The position numbers and the translations under genes are program-made. Of a stretch of 43,300 nucleotides of DNA, positions 17,126 to 26,739 are shown in pieces. The notes under the pieces are model-generated. The model was not told the DNA's origin. It saw only the letters and a list, made by a program, of their open reading frames with translations, and made no database searches. Position 1 is the first letter of the stretch. Every line of letters begins with the position of its first letter. Source of the DNA: an uncultured Deferribacteres bacterium (lineage in GTDB: Bacteria; Zhuqueibacterota; Zhuqueibacteria; Zhuqueibacterales; Geothermadaptataceae); contig CAXHAT010000047.1 of the NCBI GenBank assembly GCA_964014485.1, positions 1-43,300 on the forward strand. Direction: 5' to 3'.

Positions 17126-18664
17126 TTATCGAAAATCAGAATATCGAATACCGTATTTTTTTAGCTTTTCTGAAAAAGTACTCAAGTCTACATCTGCAAT
17201 TTCTGAAGCTTTGCGCACATAACCTCGGGTCGTCGTCAAGAGTTTCTCCAGTTCATAGCGCTCCCACTTCTCAATGGCTTCTTTCTTACGCTCTTGCCAT
17301 TTCTTCTTTTTATCGCCGCTGTTATATCCATCCATTCGAATACTTTCCGGCAAATGCTCCAAGTCAATAATCTTGTCAGACGAAAGGACAATGGCATGAT
17401 GCACCGCATTCTCTAACTCACGTACGTTACCCGGATAATTATATTCGAGAAGCGCCGCTTCGGCTTTTTCTGAAAACTCAAAAGGAGTCTCGTCATTGCC
17501 GTATTTTTTGAGAAAATATTGCGCCAATAGAAGAATATCCGAACGTCGGTTCTTCAATGGGGGAACAGTCAGTTCAATGACGTTGAGACGGAAAAATAAA
17601 TCTTCGCGGAAACTGTTTTCTACGACCATGGCTTTCAAGTCACGATTCGTGGCTGCAATCACACGAACATCACATTCCTTTGTGATCTCGCTGCCAACGG
17701 GAGAATAAGTTCCATCTTGCAAAATACGCAACAACTTGACCTGCATCGCCTTAGGCAACTCGCCAATTTCGTCCAGAAAAATTGTCCCGCCGTCCGCTAA
17801 CTCAAATTTGCCTCTTCGGTCAGCGACAGAACCTGTAAAAGCGCCCCTTTGATGTCCGAATAACTCGGACTCGATCAGAGTTTCAGGAATAGCGCCGCAA
17901 TTCACCGAAACCCAAGCTTCTTCGGCCCGGCAGCTTTGATTGTGCAAAGCTTTGGCAACCAATTCTTTACCAGTCCCGGACTCACCGCTGATCAAAATGC
18001 TAGCATCCGAATCTGCGACTTTGGTAATCATGCTCAAGAGCTTGACCATCGGAGGGCTGGAACCAACGATCTCCTCGGATTGGCGCTGTTTACGCAAGCT
18101 CGCAGACAGACGTAGATTTAAATCTTTCAAGCTTTTGAAATCGATCGCATTCTTCAAAGAAATCGCAACAATTTGAGCAAAACCTGTCATGAGCGCGATA
18201 ATGTTTTTGTCGAACACGTCTTCATCTTTCGCATTGTCCACGTAAATTACGCCGACGTTTCGATTTTCAATAATAATCGGCGCGCATAACACTGAAAGCG
18301 GTTTCTTTTTCATAATGCTGTCGACAGCGGCATATCGGCGATCCATGACCGCATTTGCGGTGTGGACGACTCTGCCCGAATCCAAAACATCATTCACAAT
18401 TGTCAGGCTGACATACGCCCCTGGCTGCTCAATATCAGCTTGTCTCATGTTCCGAGCAGCTTTGAACTCTATCCGGCCTTTTTTGCCGCGAAGCGCGATG
18501 AAGCCCCGTTGCGCACCGGTCGCTTCAATGACTTTGTCCATGGCCAGATTTAACAAAGAACGCGGCTCTCGTTCGGTTACAAAGAGTTTTCCGATCTCGT
18601 AAAGCGCTTCATAACGTTTTGCAACTGTCTCGTTGTCGAATTGATCTTTTTTGACGTTGTTCAT
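17126..18664 (-). CDS. Sigma-54-dependent enhancer-binding protein (GAF-AAA+-HTH)
   Basis: N-terminal GAF, then [45 protein letters not shown] and a C-terminal Fis-like HTH. Confidence 0.95.
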   Translation of the reverse strand: MNNVKKDQFDNETVAKRYEALYEIGKLFVTEREPRSLLNLAMDKVIEATGAQRGFIALRGKKGRIEFKAARNMRQADIEQPGAYVSLTIVNDVLDSGRVVHTANAVMDRRYAAVDSIMKKKPLSVLCAPIIIENRNVGVIYVDNAKDEDVFDKNIIALMTGFAQIVAISLKNAIDFKSLKDLNLRLSASLRKQRQSEEIVGSSPPMVKLLSMITKVADSDASILISGESGTGKELVAKALHNQSCRAEEAWVSVNCGAIPETLIESELFGHQRGAFTGSVADRRGKFELADGGTIFLDEIGELPKAMQVKLLRILQDGTYSPVGSEITKECDVRVIAATNRDLKAMVVENSFREDLFFRLNVIELTVPPLKNRRSDILLLAQYFLKKYGNDETPFEFSEKAEAALLEYNYPGNVRELENAVHHAIVLSSDKIIDLEHLPESIRMDGYNSGDKKKKWQERKKEAIEKWERYELEKLLTTTRGYVRKASEIADVDLSTFSEKLKKYGIRYSDFR

Positions 18665-18703
18665 AATCTTATCCGAACGTAGTTACAAGCATGACTGGAA
18701 GTT

Positions 18704-19351
18704 TCATTGTCGCGGCAAGGCTGGTGGAGCGGGCAGTTGACCCGGGCCGCCAGTCAATAAAAAATAACTTGCCAGACCACCTGCTGCCGCCAGACCGGCA
18801 ATATAAGGCCAACGCTTGCGAGATTTTGACGGATGAGCAGCGGAAGGCGGCTCCGGTATTACGACGGAACTACTGATAAATTGGGCGATTTTTGTCATCT
18901 CCTGATTGAAAAGATAATCAATAGCATATGTGCCTACTGGCTCTTCGGGATACCCCATTGATTTTCCGGCAGCGACATCATAAAGATTCAGTTTTGTGTC
19001 AAGCCGCTGAAAATTCATTTTGAATTCTCCCGACAGTACATAATCAACTTCCAGGACGCGTCCCATTTCAGCGAAGCCCTTTAAACTGTCTAACTTCGCC
19101 CCCTTCTCTTGTAAACGTCGTTTGACTTCTTCTCTGGAAATAACCTCAATTTTTCCAATCTCATAGAGCATTCCGGCCAAAGCGCTGTCAACCTTGAGTT
19201 GCGTTGTTTCCGGCAGATCGCCGTAATCCATATGGACAACCGCCAAACGAGGCTTCTGCACTTGAGCCGCCGCCTGAGAGAAAAATGTAAAAACTATGGC
19301 AAATCCTGTCATCAACAGGCCGGGCGCGTTCAAAATCTTGTTTCGTTGCAT
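18704..19351 (-). CDS. Exported protein with a CsgG/TolB-N-like domain and a C-terminal membrane anchor
   Basis: Signal peptide, KPRLAVV...EVISREEV...GRVLEVDYVLSG...LYDVAAGK, then KRWPYIAGLAAAGGLASYFLL and a Pro-rich tail. Confidence 0.6.
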   Translation of the reverse strand: MQRNKILNAPGLLMTGFAIVFTFFSQAAAQVQKPRLAVVHMDYGDLPETTQLKVDSALAGMLYEIGKIEVISREEVKRRLQEKGAKLDSLKGFAEMGRVLEVDYVLSGEFKMNFQRLDTKLNLYDVAAGKSMGYPEEPVGTYAIDYLFNQEMTKIAQFISSSVVIPEPPSAAHPSKSRKRWPYIAGLAAAGGLASYFLLTGGPGQLPAPPALPRQ

Positions 19352-19411
19352 GGCAATCTATCTCCAAAATGGCTTTGAATTTTTGATTGATACCGAATTC
19401 ATCGATGCGGC

Positions 19412-22021
19412 TTAACGCAGCATTGTCATTTTCAAAGTCTGCCTGAACTTCGTCGTTTCCAGACGATAAAAATAGACGCCGCTGGCGAGAGCTCGCCCGG
19501 AATCGTCTCGTCCGAGCCAAATTTGCTGATGGCGTCCGGCCGCCAAGACTTCATTCGCAAGCAAGGTCGCCACTTCCCGCCCGGTAATGTCAAAAACCTT
19601 TAGGCTGACCCGGCTTTCTTCGGGTAAATCGAAACGAATGGCGGTTTCCGGGTTGAACGGGTTGGGGAAGTTTTGATGCAGAGCAAAATCTTGCGGCAAA
19701 ATTGATGAACTCGCCGTTTCTTCCGCGATGAATTCCGCATCGCCTATCAATAACTTCATTTTTCGCGGTTCATTTTCAACTTCAAATCGATAATTCGATA
19801 GTTCTCGCAGGTTTTGGCGATGTCCGAACTTAAGATCGACTAAAAAGATTTCAAGATGCTTTGGAACGGCTTGAATATGCTCAAATTCGAGAGTAACGAT
19901 TTCACCGATCAAATTGCTCTCAACTTCAAAGTCAAAAACGTGGTTAGCGGTCTCAGCGGATCGCGAGTCCGTTGCGTAGCGCTTGAAAAATCGTTCCCAT
20001 TCATCCTGCACAAACGACAAGGAAACAAAATCATTGCTAACAACGGGCGGTTCAGGCACATCGTAATCATCCCAGCCGTCTTGCGAAACCGGTGAGACGC
20101 CGGCAAAATTGTTCTCATCGCGCATTTCGCCGACAGCGGCTTTGATCTGCACGTTCCAATCCTGCAACGGTATTTTCGCGGCGTTTGTGTTTTGCGCCGC
20201 CGACAAGTCAGGATTGATGTAAAGCGTATCGACGTTGGAAGGGTCGTTGTTTGAGAGCAAATAGCCTTCCCAGGTTTGAAGCGCGTTGGCGTCAACCCAA
20301 TCGCCGTTGAAAGTTTTCAACCCCTCGATTGCTGCGCCGCTGGCCAGTCGCAGATTGCTTTTTGGAATGGTAAAGTTAAAAGGCGTGGCAATAAAGTTAT
20401 ATCCCGGCTGGAGAGCAATGGCAAATTCCTCATCCGTTCGCACGGATTGACCGGGGCCCGCATCAATAACCACATCAGGTTTTCTCACGATGAGAAACAG
20501 GCTCTTGCCCGGTGCAAAATCTCCGGCCTGCGGATGCTCGACAGGCTCGCCGGAAGCCGTGAATCCGAATAAGCGCCACTGCCGATCATCGTATTCGCCG
20601 ATATTGTTTCCAAAGACCGAAGAAACGGATGCGTTATTAGATTGAAATGGTACAGAGATCAAGCGATAGGCGTTTTCTTTGAGTTCTTTGGCGGAAGGTT
20701 GTGGCGCGCTATTGGACTCAGATTGAATTTCGACCGATGTTGACAAATGGCCGACTTCAGGAAATCGCGTCCACAGATCATAATCATTTATCGCATCCCA
20801 AGCTTCAACATAATACTCCAAACCTTGTGAAGTAACGGCAGATTCGGGAACAATTGCTTCAAAAAGATTGTCTGTTCCGCTCAGTGGAACTTGAGTGAAT
20901 TCTGCATCTCCGCCTTTGCGGTAAAACAAAGTGGCGTTTCCAACGCCGTTTTTATCTTGAATATTAACTTCTACTTGAGCTTGTTTGTGCTCTTTTAAAG
21001 TTGAAGAAAATAGTGGAGTACCAATTTTGGGAGGAGTAAGCGTCGAAGTAACCGTTCGTTCAACGGCACCTTGCGAGCCAAGAAAAAGGATACCGGCACA
21101 ATTCACAGCCAGAGAGAAAATTTTTTTGTCGGTGATCTCGACATTGAATTCACTCCAACTGTTTTCTCCGTCTCTTAATTGAAAAACCCCGCCGCCGTTT
21201 GTCCCAGCGAATATGTGGTCGTCTCCATTAACGACCAGAGAAGTCATATTAGAGTTTGAAAGGTTTGTATTCAAACTACTCCAAGTACCTCGGTCTCCAT
21301 TCTGTGTGGATAAAAATACCCCGCCTCCTTCAATTGCTGCAAAGATATGATTGTCTGAATCAATAGCAAATGCGACAACACTGTTACTTTCAAAGATTGG
21401 CTCCCAACTATCTGCATTGTCTGAAGAACGATAAATGCCAGATGCTGTTCCAGCGAATATGAACTCTTTGGTATCTCTGCCAACTGCCATCGTAAAAACC
21501 GAAGTGTCAGCTAAACCATTATTAGTTTTTTGCCAACTTGCTCCATTGTCTTCTGATCTGAATACTCCAGATTGGCGAATGCCAAATCCAGCGCCCATAA
21601 AAACAATTCCTTGAGAATTAAAAACAAAAGATGATGCTAAAACATTGTTGAAACTTAGCCCCCAAGTTAATCCAGTATTAGTAGACTTTAAGATTTGAAA
21701 ACCCGCTGTTCCCATAAATAAAGTCTGATCTGGACTAATCGATATTTTTCGCACAACAGAATTCGAATAAATTTGAGACCACTCTTGAATATCAGGATCT
21801 GCTCGATACAACCCCATTTTATTAGTTTCGCCGCTTGATCCACTAGCAAAAACGTATTTAAAATCACAGGTTGCTGTGAGGGCATTTACAGGAAACAATC
21901 CATTGTACTGTCCATCCTGCCAGCCATTTTGTGCTATAAGCTTACTGAAAATTAACAAGTTACATTGAATAGCAAGTAAAACTATTACATGTTTCTTTCT
22001 TGAAAGAAAATAAGTGTTCAT
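19412..22021 (-). CDS. Large secreted protein: BNR/Asp-box beta-propeller, Ig-like domains and a C-terminal FlgD-Ig/T9SS-A-like domain
   Basis: Repeated SxxxGxxW motifs (STNTGLTW, SEDNGASW, SSDNADSW); C-terminal ALHQNFPNPFNPETAIRFDLP...LASGVYFYRL. The start is placed at ATG 22021 (signal peptide, AAGGGG RBS) rather than 22222. Confidence 0.85.
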   Translation of the reverse strand: MNTYFLSRKKHVIVLLAIQCNLLIFSKLIAQNGWQDGQYNGLFPVNALTATCDFKYVFASGSSGETNKMGLYRADPDIQEWSQIYSNSVVRKISISPDQTLFMGTAGFQILKSTNTGLTWGLSFNNVLASSFVFNSQGIVFMGAGFGIRQSGVFRSEDNGASWQKTNNGLADTSVFTMAVGRDTKEFIFAGTASGIYRSSDNADSWEPIFESNSVVAFAIDSDNHIFAAIEGGGVFLSTQNGDRGTWSSLNTNLSNSNMTSLVVNGDDHIFAGTNGGGVFQLRDGENSWSEFNVEITDKKIFSLAVNCAGILFLGSQGAVERTVTSTLTPPKIGTPLFSSTLKEHKQAQVEVNIQDKNGVGNATLFYRKGGDAEFTQVPLSGTDNLFEAIVPESAVTSQGLEYYVEAWDAINDYDLWTRFPEVGHLSTSVEIQSESNSAPQPSAKELKENAYRLISVPFQSNNASVSSVFGNNIGEYDDRQWRLFGFTASGEPVEHPQAGDFAPGKSLFLIVRKPDVVIDAGPGQSVRTDEEFAIALQPGYNFIATPFNFTIPKSNLRLASGAAIEGLKTFNGDWVDANALQTWEGYLLSNNDPSNVDTLYINPDLSAAQNTNAAKIPLQDWNVQIKAAVGEMRDENNFAGVSPVSQDGWDDYDVPEPPVVSNDFVSLSFVQDEWERFFKRYATDSRSAETANHVFDFEVESNLIGEIVTLEFEHIQAVPKHLEIFLVDLKFGHRQNLRELSNYRFEVENEPRKMKLLIGDAEFIAEETASSSILPQDFALHQNFPNPFNPETAIRFDLPEESRVSLKVFDITGREVATLLANEVLAAGRHQQIWLGRDDSGRALASGVYFYRLETTKFRQTLKMTMLR

Positions 22022-22046
22022 ACAAACCCCTTTGGAAAAAAAGAAT

Positions 22047-22856
22047 TTAGTGTACTGATTTTTTTTGCAGCGAGCCTTCAATGAATCCTCCAAACAAAGC
22101 TTGCATTCCCGTCTCGTTTCCGCCATCGCTTCTTTCAGCATTCTGTTCCGTGTTAATTCTCCCGTTTTCAGCAACGTTTTCATTTTGGAAGACGATTGCA
22201 TCGATGTTGCTGTTAGATTCATTATCGTGCGTGTTTTTTAAATCCGTTCCCATACTTTCCTCAGAATCTGAATAACAATGATTGGCGGTATAACTATTAG
22301 AGGTAGTATTCGTGCTTTCCGAGTTTTCAGTTGAATCACCCATGTTCAACACGAAATTTAATCCGATAAACAAGCCAAATAATGATGCAAGGACATAAAC
22401 CCATTCACGCCCTTCTTTTGTGTCTAACCATTCGGGCCCGAGTTCGCGAAATTTTTGAAAACCTTTGGGTAATTCTGTTAATGCGGTTTGGATTTTACCT
22501 ACGCTTCCCTTGTACCAGTCTTCCATAAACTTGAAAACAAAGAGTTTTGTGAAAACCGCTGTACCCGCAGAGTATCGTTTGAATTTGTTGGCAAGCCCGC
22601 TAAAGAAATTATGAAGACCATCAACTACTTTTTCAACATCTTCAGCCCCGGTTGATTTAATATGATCAGTGAATTCACGATGTCCTGCCAAAAGTCGAAC
22701 ATTTTCTTGATAGAAATGTAATAATGAGTTCTTGGCGAACCCAGGTTCTCTACTTTGGAGAGGCTTTTCCTTTTTGGTGAAGTTGAGTTTTATCTTGTCA
22801 AAGATAAACTTCCCATTGCGAATCGGTTTTTCTCTTTTTGTGAATTGAAATTTCAT
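22047..22856 (-). CDS. Hypothetical single-pass membrane protein
   Basis: Long ORF with a GAGGT RBS, basic N-terminus with FTKREKP/FTKKEKP duplication, TM WVYVLASLFGLFIGLNFVL, and an acidic S/N/T-rich tail. Confidence 0.7.
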   Translation of the reverse strand: MKFQFTKREKPIRNGKFIFDKIKLNFTKKEKPLQSREPGFAKNSLLHFYQENVRLLAGHREFTDHIKSTGAEDVEKVVDGLHNFFSGLANKFKRYSAGTAVFTKLFVFKFMEDWYKGSVGKIQTALTELPKGFQKFRELGPEWLDTKEGREWVYVLASLFGLFIGLNFVLNMGDSTENSESTNTTSNSYTANHCYSDSEESMGTDLKNTHDNESNSNIDAIVFQNENVAENGRINTEQNAERSDGGNETGMQALFGGFIEGSLQKKSVH

Positions 22857-23017
22857 AACATGACCTCGCAAAAATTGTAACCATCATCTAACGAAGACTC
22901 TACACTTGCTGAAAACACTTCATCATTCAGTACAGGTCCGTCAGATTTTTTACCAGCGGCGTTGTCTTTAAACTCGTGTGCATCCATACCACGTTTTCGT
23001 TATCTGGCAACGCTTAA

Positions 23018-23149
23018 CTCAATTACTGTGCCTGAACTTGGCAAACCAGCCTTAATGTTTGTTAAATAGGAGTTTAAGAAAAGATGGAAGTGGGATAGTA
23101 AAGCGGTGTTTTTCGGAAAAACCCGAAATGATGTTTGGCAAACCCCAAA
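23018..23149 (-). promoter_or_regulatory. Putative sigma-54 promoter with tandem upstream activator palindromes
   Basis: Minus strand AGGCACAGTAATTGAG (23033-23018, GG-N10-GA). Palindromes TTTCGG-N6-CCGAAA (23111-23128) and TTTGG-N6-CCAAA (23134-23149) have centres 22 bp apart. Confidence 0.5.
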
Positions 23150-23199
23150 AGTTTAAAACGATGCGTTCGCGGTAATTGTCGGGCGGAATTGCGGTTGCT

Positions 23200-25134
23200 T
23201 CAGTTAGTTGCCACCATTAAAGCGCTTGCAACATCCCGCGCGTTTTGGAAACGCTCGTTCGGTTTTTCCGCCAACATTTTGGTAAGCAACTGTGCGACGC
23301 TTGGGGTAATCTCATCAAACCTGTGGAAGACTTCGGAAAAACTTTTTCCGTAGGATAGCTTTACCAATCTTTCCCCGGTCAATAATTCAAAAAAGAGCAG
23401 TCCCAAAGAGAAAATATCTGTTCGCTGATCAATTTCACCGCCGATTTGCTGTTCAGGAGAAGAATAAGCCGGGGTGCCAATCAATTCGCCGGTTCCAGTC
23501 CGCACAATCGAATCAGTGAGGTCGGTTTGCATGTGCGCTACACCGAAATCGAGAACTTTTAAATTGCCATCCTCAAGCATTAAATTCCCCGGTTTCAAAT
23601 CGCGATGGATAACCCCTTGATCGTGAGCAAATTGCAAGGCCTCGCATGTCTGAATCATGACGTCCCTTGCCTGAACAAAAGAGAACTTGCCTTTTTCCCT
23701 GAGCAAAGTCTCAAGCGACTTGCCTGGTACGAATTCCATAATCATACAAAATACGGCGCCCTGCTCATCTTCGACATGTATAAAATCATGAATCGTGACT
23801 ATTTTTGGGTGACTCATTTTTGCAGTGACGATCATCTCTTTGTGAAATCTGCTCACCGATTGATCCAGAAAAACCGTATCTGATTCTTCAGGAACTTTTA
23901 TCGTCTTGATAGCGACGGTTCTTCGCATTGTCGTATCATAAGCTTTGTAAACCACGCCCATTCCCCCTGCGCCGAGTCTGTGATCGATTCGATAACGATT
24001 TCCAATCATTTCACCTTTTCTCAAGCTCAGAAGTTGCAAAACTCTAGGTTTTGCATCGGCTATAGTTTGAGATTCGGGTAGGTCGTTTGACTCTTTAGAC
24101 GGCATAAGAAGTAAAGAACCTTGCGTTGAAAATGTCTGTGAGCGTTTCCCGTTCCATCGGATGATCAAAAAGGCTAAAACTAAAACGATAATCATCCCAA
24201 AGACCGCAATGTATGGTTTCGAAATTTTAAATGGCGGTTCATCGATTTCTAGCTGTTTGACTGCCTCAGGATTTGCGGTCGCTGAATCTTTTCCAGCCGA
24301 GTCTAAGGCAACCATGCTCCTTTCGTCAAATTGATCAGGCGGCACAGTTGAACTCTCTGGTTTTTTTGAAGCCGAATCTGGATTTATTATCGGTTGATTT
24401 GGTGGAAGACTGTTCGGCTTTGAGTGCGTCTTTTCTGAGGACGAGGGCATGTCTTTTGGTTCAGGATTAATCTCTTCAAGATATTGTCTCGCTTCAATAT
24501 GATAAGGATTGAAGCGCATAGCGTTCTCATAATACTCTTTTGCCTTCGAGCTATCGTCGTCGATATGCTTGACCCGACCTTGCCAATAATATCCTTCGGC
24601 CTTCATGATCGAATCACTCCTGGCGTGGTTAACGGTTTGGGCAAAAAATCTAAATGCTACGACGTAGCTGTTTTGCCTGAAATGGGATAAACCGGCATGG
24701 AGATGATATAGAGCAACCGTCGAATCAAGCTTTATGGCCGCTAAAAAATATTCAGCAGCTATTGAATTCATACCAACTTCTTGCTGCGCCTTGCCTTCCC
24801 AAAATAGTATTTTGTGATCACCTTTTTCGGATGCCTTGTATTCATTATGGATCAGCGCATCCAAATGAACCGAGAGAGAATCATATTCTTTTAAAGCTCC
24901 ATAGATGTTTATCAAAGCTTTACGCGCTTCATGGTTTTTCTGATCTTCTTTGAGTACAGATTTTAGAGTTGAGATATTATTTTTCAGGGAATCATTCTTT
25001 GTGGATGGAATTTGTAATTGGCGTAGTTGTTCTGCTCCAAGACAATCAAGATCTGAAATCAGAATACTTGAGAAAAGCACAAAGAAAAGAAAATAATGGA
25101 TTTGCGCTGTTTTTGAGCGAAACAGGAGGGGCAT
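23200..25134 (-). CDS. Membrane Ser/Thr protein kinase with N-terminal TPR repeats and a C-terminal Hanks-type kinase domain
   Basis: Hydrophobic N-terminus, TPR helices (AEGYYWQGRV...AKEYYENAMRFNP), P/S linker, TM YIAVFGMIIVLVLAFLII, then GAGGMG, VAIK, HRDLKPGN, DFG and GTPAYSSPE. Confidence 0.93.
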   Translation of the reverse strand: MPLLFRSKTAQIHYFLFFVLFSSILISDLDCLGAEQLRQLQIPSTKNDSLKNNISTLKSVLKEDQKNHEARKALINIYGALKEYDSLSVHLDALIHNEYKASEKGDHKILFWEGKAQQEVGMNSIAAEYFLAAIKLDSTVALYHLHAGLSHFRQNSYVVAFRFFAQTVNHARSDSIMKAEGYYWQGRVKHIDDDSSKAKEYYENAMRFNPYHIEARQYLEEINPEPKDMPSSSEKTHSKPNSLPPNQPIINPDSASKKPESSTVPPDQFDERSMVALDSAGKDSATANPEAVKQLEIDEPPFKISKPYIAVFGMIIVLVLAFLIIRWNGKRSQTFSTQGSLLLMPSKESNDLPESQTIADAKPRVLQLLSLRKGEMIGNRYRIDHRLGAGGMGVVYKAYDTTMRRTVAIKTIKVPEESDTVFLDQSVSRFHKEMIVTAKMSHPKIVTIHDFIHVEDEQGAVFCMIMEFVPGKSLETLLREKGKFSFVQARDVMIQTCEALQFAHDQGVIHRDLKPGNLMLEDGNLKVLDFGVAHMQTDLTDSIVRTGTGELIGTPAYSSPEQQIGGEIDQRTDIFSLGLLFFELLTGERLVKLSYGKSFSEVFHRFDEITPSVAQLLTKMLAEKPNERFQNARDVASALMVATN

Positions 25135-25458
25135 ACCGCAAGCTCGAATTAATCAAAAGTCTTTTGTTCTCTACCTGTAAACGGTAAAAATACAACACCT
25201 TGACACATTTCTATGAAAAATCGGACAAAAGATTGAGAGTCAATCATCGTAGAAGTCGGTTTACACATCTTCACTTCGTACCAACCTAACAAGCAGAAAG
25301 CATTAGCGCACATTTTTCTTTTAAAAATGTCGTCGGCCGAGCCGTAATGCTTTTCGTTTGTATTGCAAAATGTGCGCAAAAACGAGCCTTCGGCTAAACC
25401 ACAGTATTCGTTGGCTAATCCCCTCAATGTTGTTTTTTGTAAGCGTAGTGAAGTTAGT

Positions 25459-25830
25459 CTATTGGCCTTCGGGAGCGTCGTAGATAACGGCTTGTTCTTT
25501 GATGGGTTTGCCGAATTCGTGGTAGATGTCGCCGCGGCGGAGGGTGTCGAGCATGGTGATGGAGATGAAAACAGCAAGAAAGAGGAGGGAGGAGAGGAAG
25601 ATCATCAGGTAGAACTTATTGTCGTACCACAGATGCATAAAGACCATGGCAACCAAGGCGGCTTTGAAAGTCGCAATCGCCATTGCTACGATCAAATTGA
25701 GTGGGCCAAGATCGAAGCCAGCCACTTCAACCGTGACTATTGTAAGCAAGAGCAAAGCCGCGCCTATGCCAAGATAGATGATCAGCGGAGTGATGTGGGG
25801 TTTATGGGGTGAGATAGCAGATTTCGACAT
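25459..25830 (-). CDS. ctaF: Cytochrome c oxidase subunit IV
   Basis: Three TM helices with LLLLTIVTV and KAALVAMVFMHL; last gene of the oxidase operon. Confidence 0.88.
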   Translation of the reverse strand: MSKSAISPHKPHITPLIIYLGIGAALLLLTIVTVEVAGFDLGPLNLIVAMAIATFKAALVAMVFMHLWYDNKFYLMIFLSSLLFLAVFISITMLDTLRRGDIYHEFGKPIKEQAVIYDAPEGQ

Positions 25831-25920
25831 TTTCGGCTTCCTCTATTCTTTGCCTGTTTGGAGTATAAACAATGTTCTTATCTCACCCCCTGAATGTGTA
25901 TTTGAATGCGCGCTCATTTA

Positions 25921-26568
25921 CTAACCTATCAGGTAAAGTAAGGGGAACAGGTAAATCCAGATCAAATCCACAAGGTGCCAGTAGAGACCGCCCATTTCAA
26001 TCGGCGTGTAATATTCACTGGAAAAATCGCCGTTCATCGTGCGGCGCATCAAGTAGGTCAGGTAGGCCATGCCGCCAAGTACGTGCAGACCGTGCAGACC
26101 GGTCATCATGAAGTAGATGCTAAAAAAAATGTGCGGGTTTGTCCCTTCAATGCCTTCGAACGTATAGAATTTCCCCGGCAGCAGGCCTTCGTGGATTTTG
26201 TGGCTGTACTCGAAATACTTGATCACCATGAAGGTTGCGGCGCACAAGACGGTGATAAACAAGAAAATCACGGCAAGCTTGCGATTGTCAAGCTGCATGC
26301 TTCGGATCGCCAGAGCAACGGTCAACGAACTGACAATGAGAACCGCTGTGTTAATCGCGCCCATTGTCACGTCGAGGTGCAGGTGCGCATTGAAAAACAT
26401 GTCGGGGTGCCAGGCGCGATAGATGGCGTAAGCGCAAAACAGCCCGCCGAAAAGCAGGACTTCCGTCAGCAGGAAAATCCACAGGCCGAATTTCGCGGAT
26501 TCCTTTTGCTGCTCAACGTCTACGAAATGATGTTGTAAATGCGCAGGATGATCTGCTGCGTGTTCCAT
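25921..26568 (-). CDS. ctaE: Cytochrome c oxidase subunit III
   Basis: WIFLLTEVLLFGGLF, MTGLHGLHV and GLYWHLVDLIW motifs. Confidence 0.95.
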   Translation of the reverse strand: MEHAADHPAHLQHHFVDVEQQKESAKFGLWIFLLTEVLLFGGLFCAYAIYRAWHPDMFFNAHLHLDVTMGAINTAVLIVSSLTVALAIRSMQLDNRKLAVIFLFITVLCAATFMVIKYFEYSHKIHEGLLPGKFYTFEGIEGTNPHIFFSIYFMMTGLHGLHVLGGMAYLTYLMRRTMNGDFSSEYYTPIEMGGLYWHLVDLIWIYLFPLLYLIG

Positions 26569-26616
26569 TGATTACCGTCTTTGCGTTTTCTCTATTCTTC
26601 TCAATCTTTGTTCTAC

Positions 26617-26720
26617 CATTCCCGCCCCCGTCTATACGAGGATAAACTCCAACGGGAACCTTCAAAGCGCTGTCTGGATTCCCGCCGGAGTTTATCCTCG
26701 CGCAGGCGGGGGCGGGAATG
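26617..26720. repeat. Inverted pair of ATTCCCG...CGGGAA(T) palindromic units (REPIN-like, expanded variant)
   Basis: CATTCCCGCCCCCG...CGAGGATAAACTCC...CGGGAACC paired with GGATTCCCG...GGAGTTTATCCTCG...CGGGGGCGGGAATG. Confidence 0.8.
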
Positions 26721-26739
26721 ACGTTTGTGGGCGCGGCTG

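Noticed and set aside
22022..22222. N-terminal extension of the secreted protein in the ORF track
   Set aside because: It overlaps the upstream gene 22047-22856; the RBS and signal peptide support ATG 22021.
25284..25459. Integron attC-like site (ACCTAAC...GTTAGTC) and an 11-bp IR at 25306-25377
   Set aside because: The span is too long, internal L-box pairing is absent and there is no integrase; the short IR alone is insufficient.
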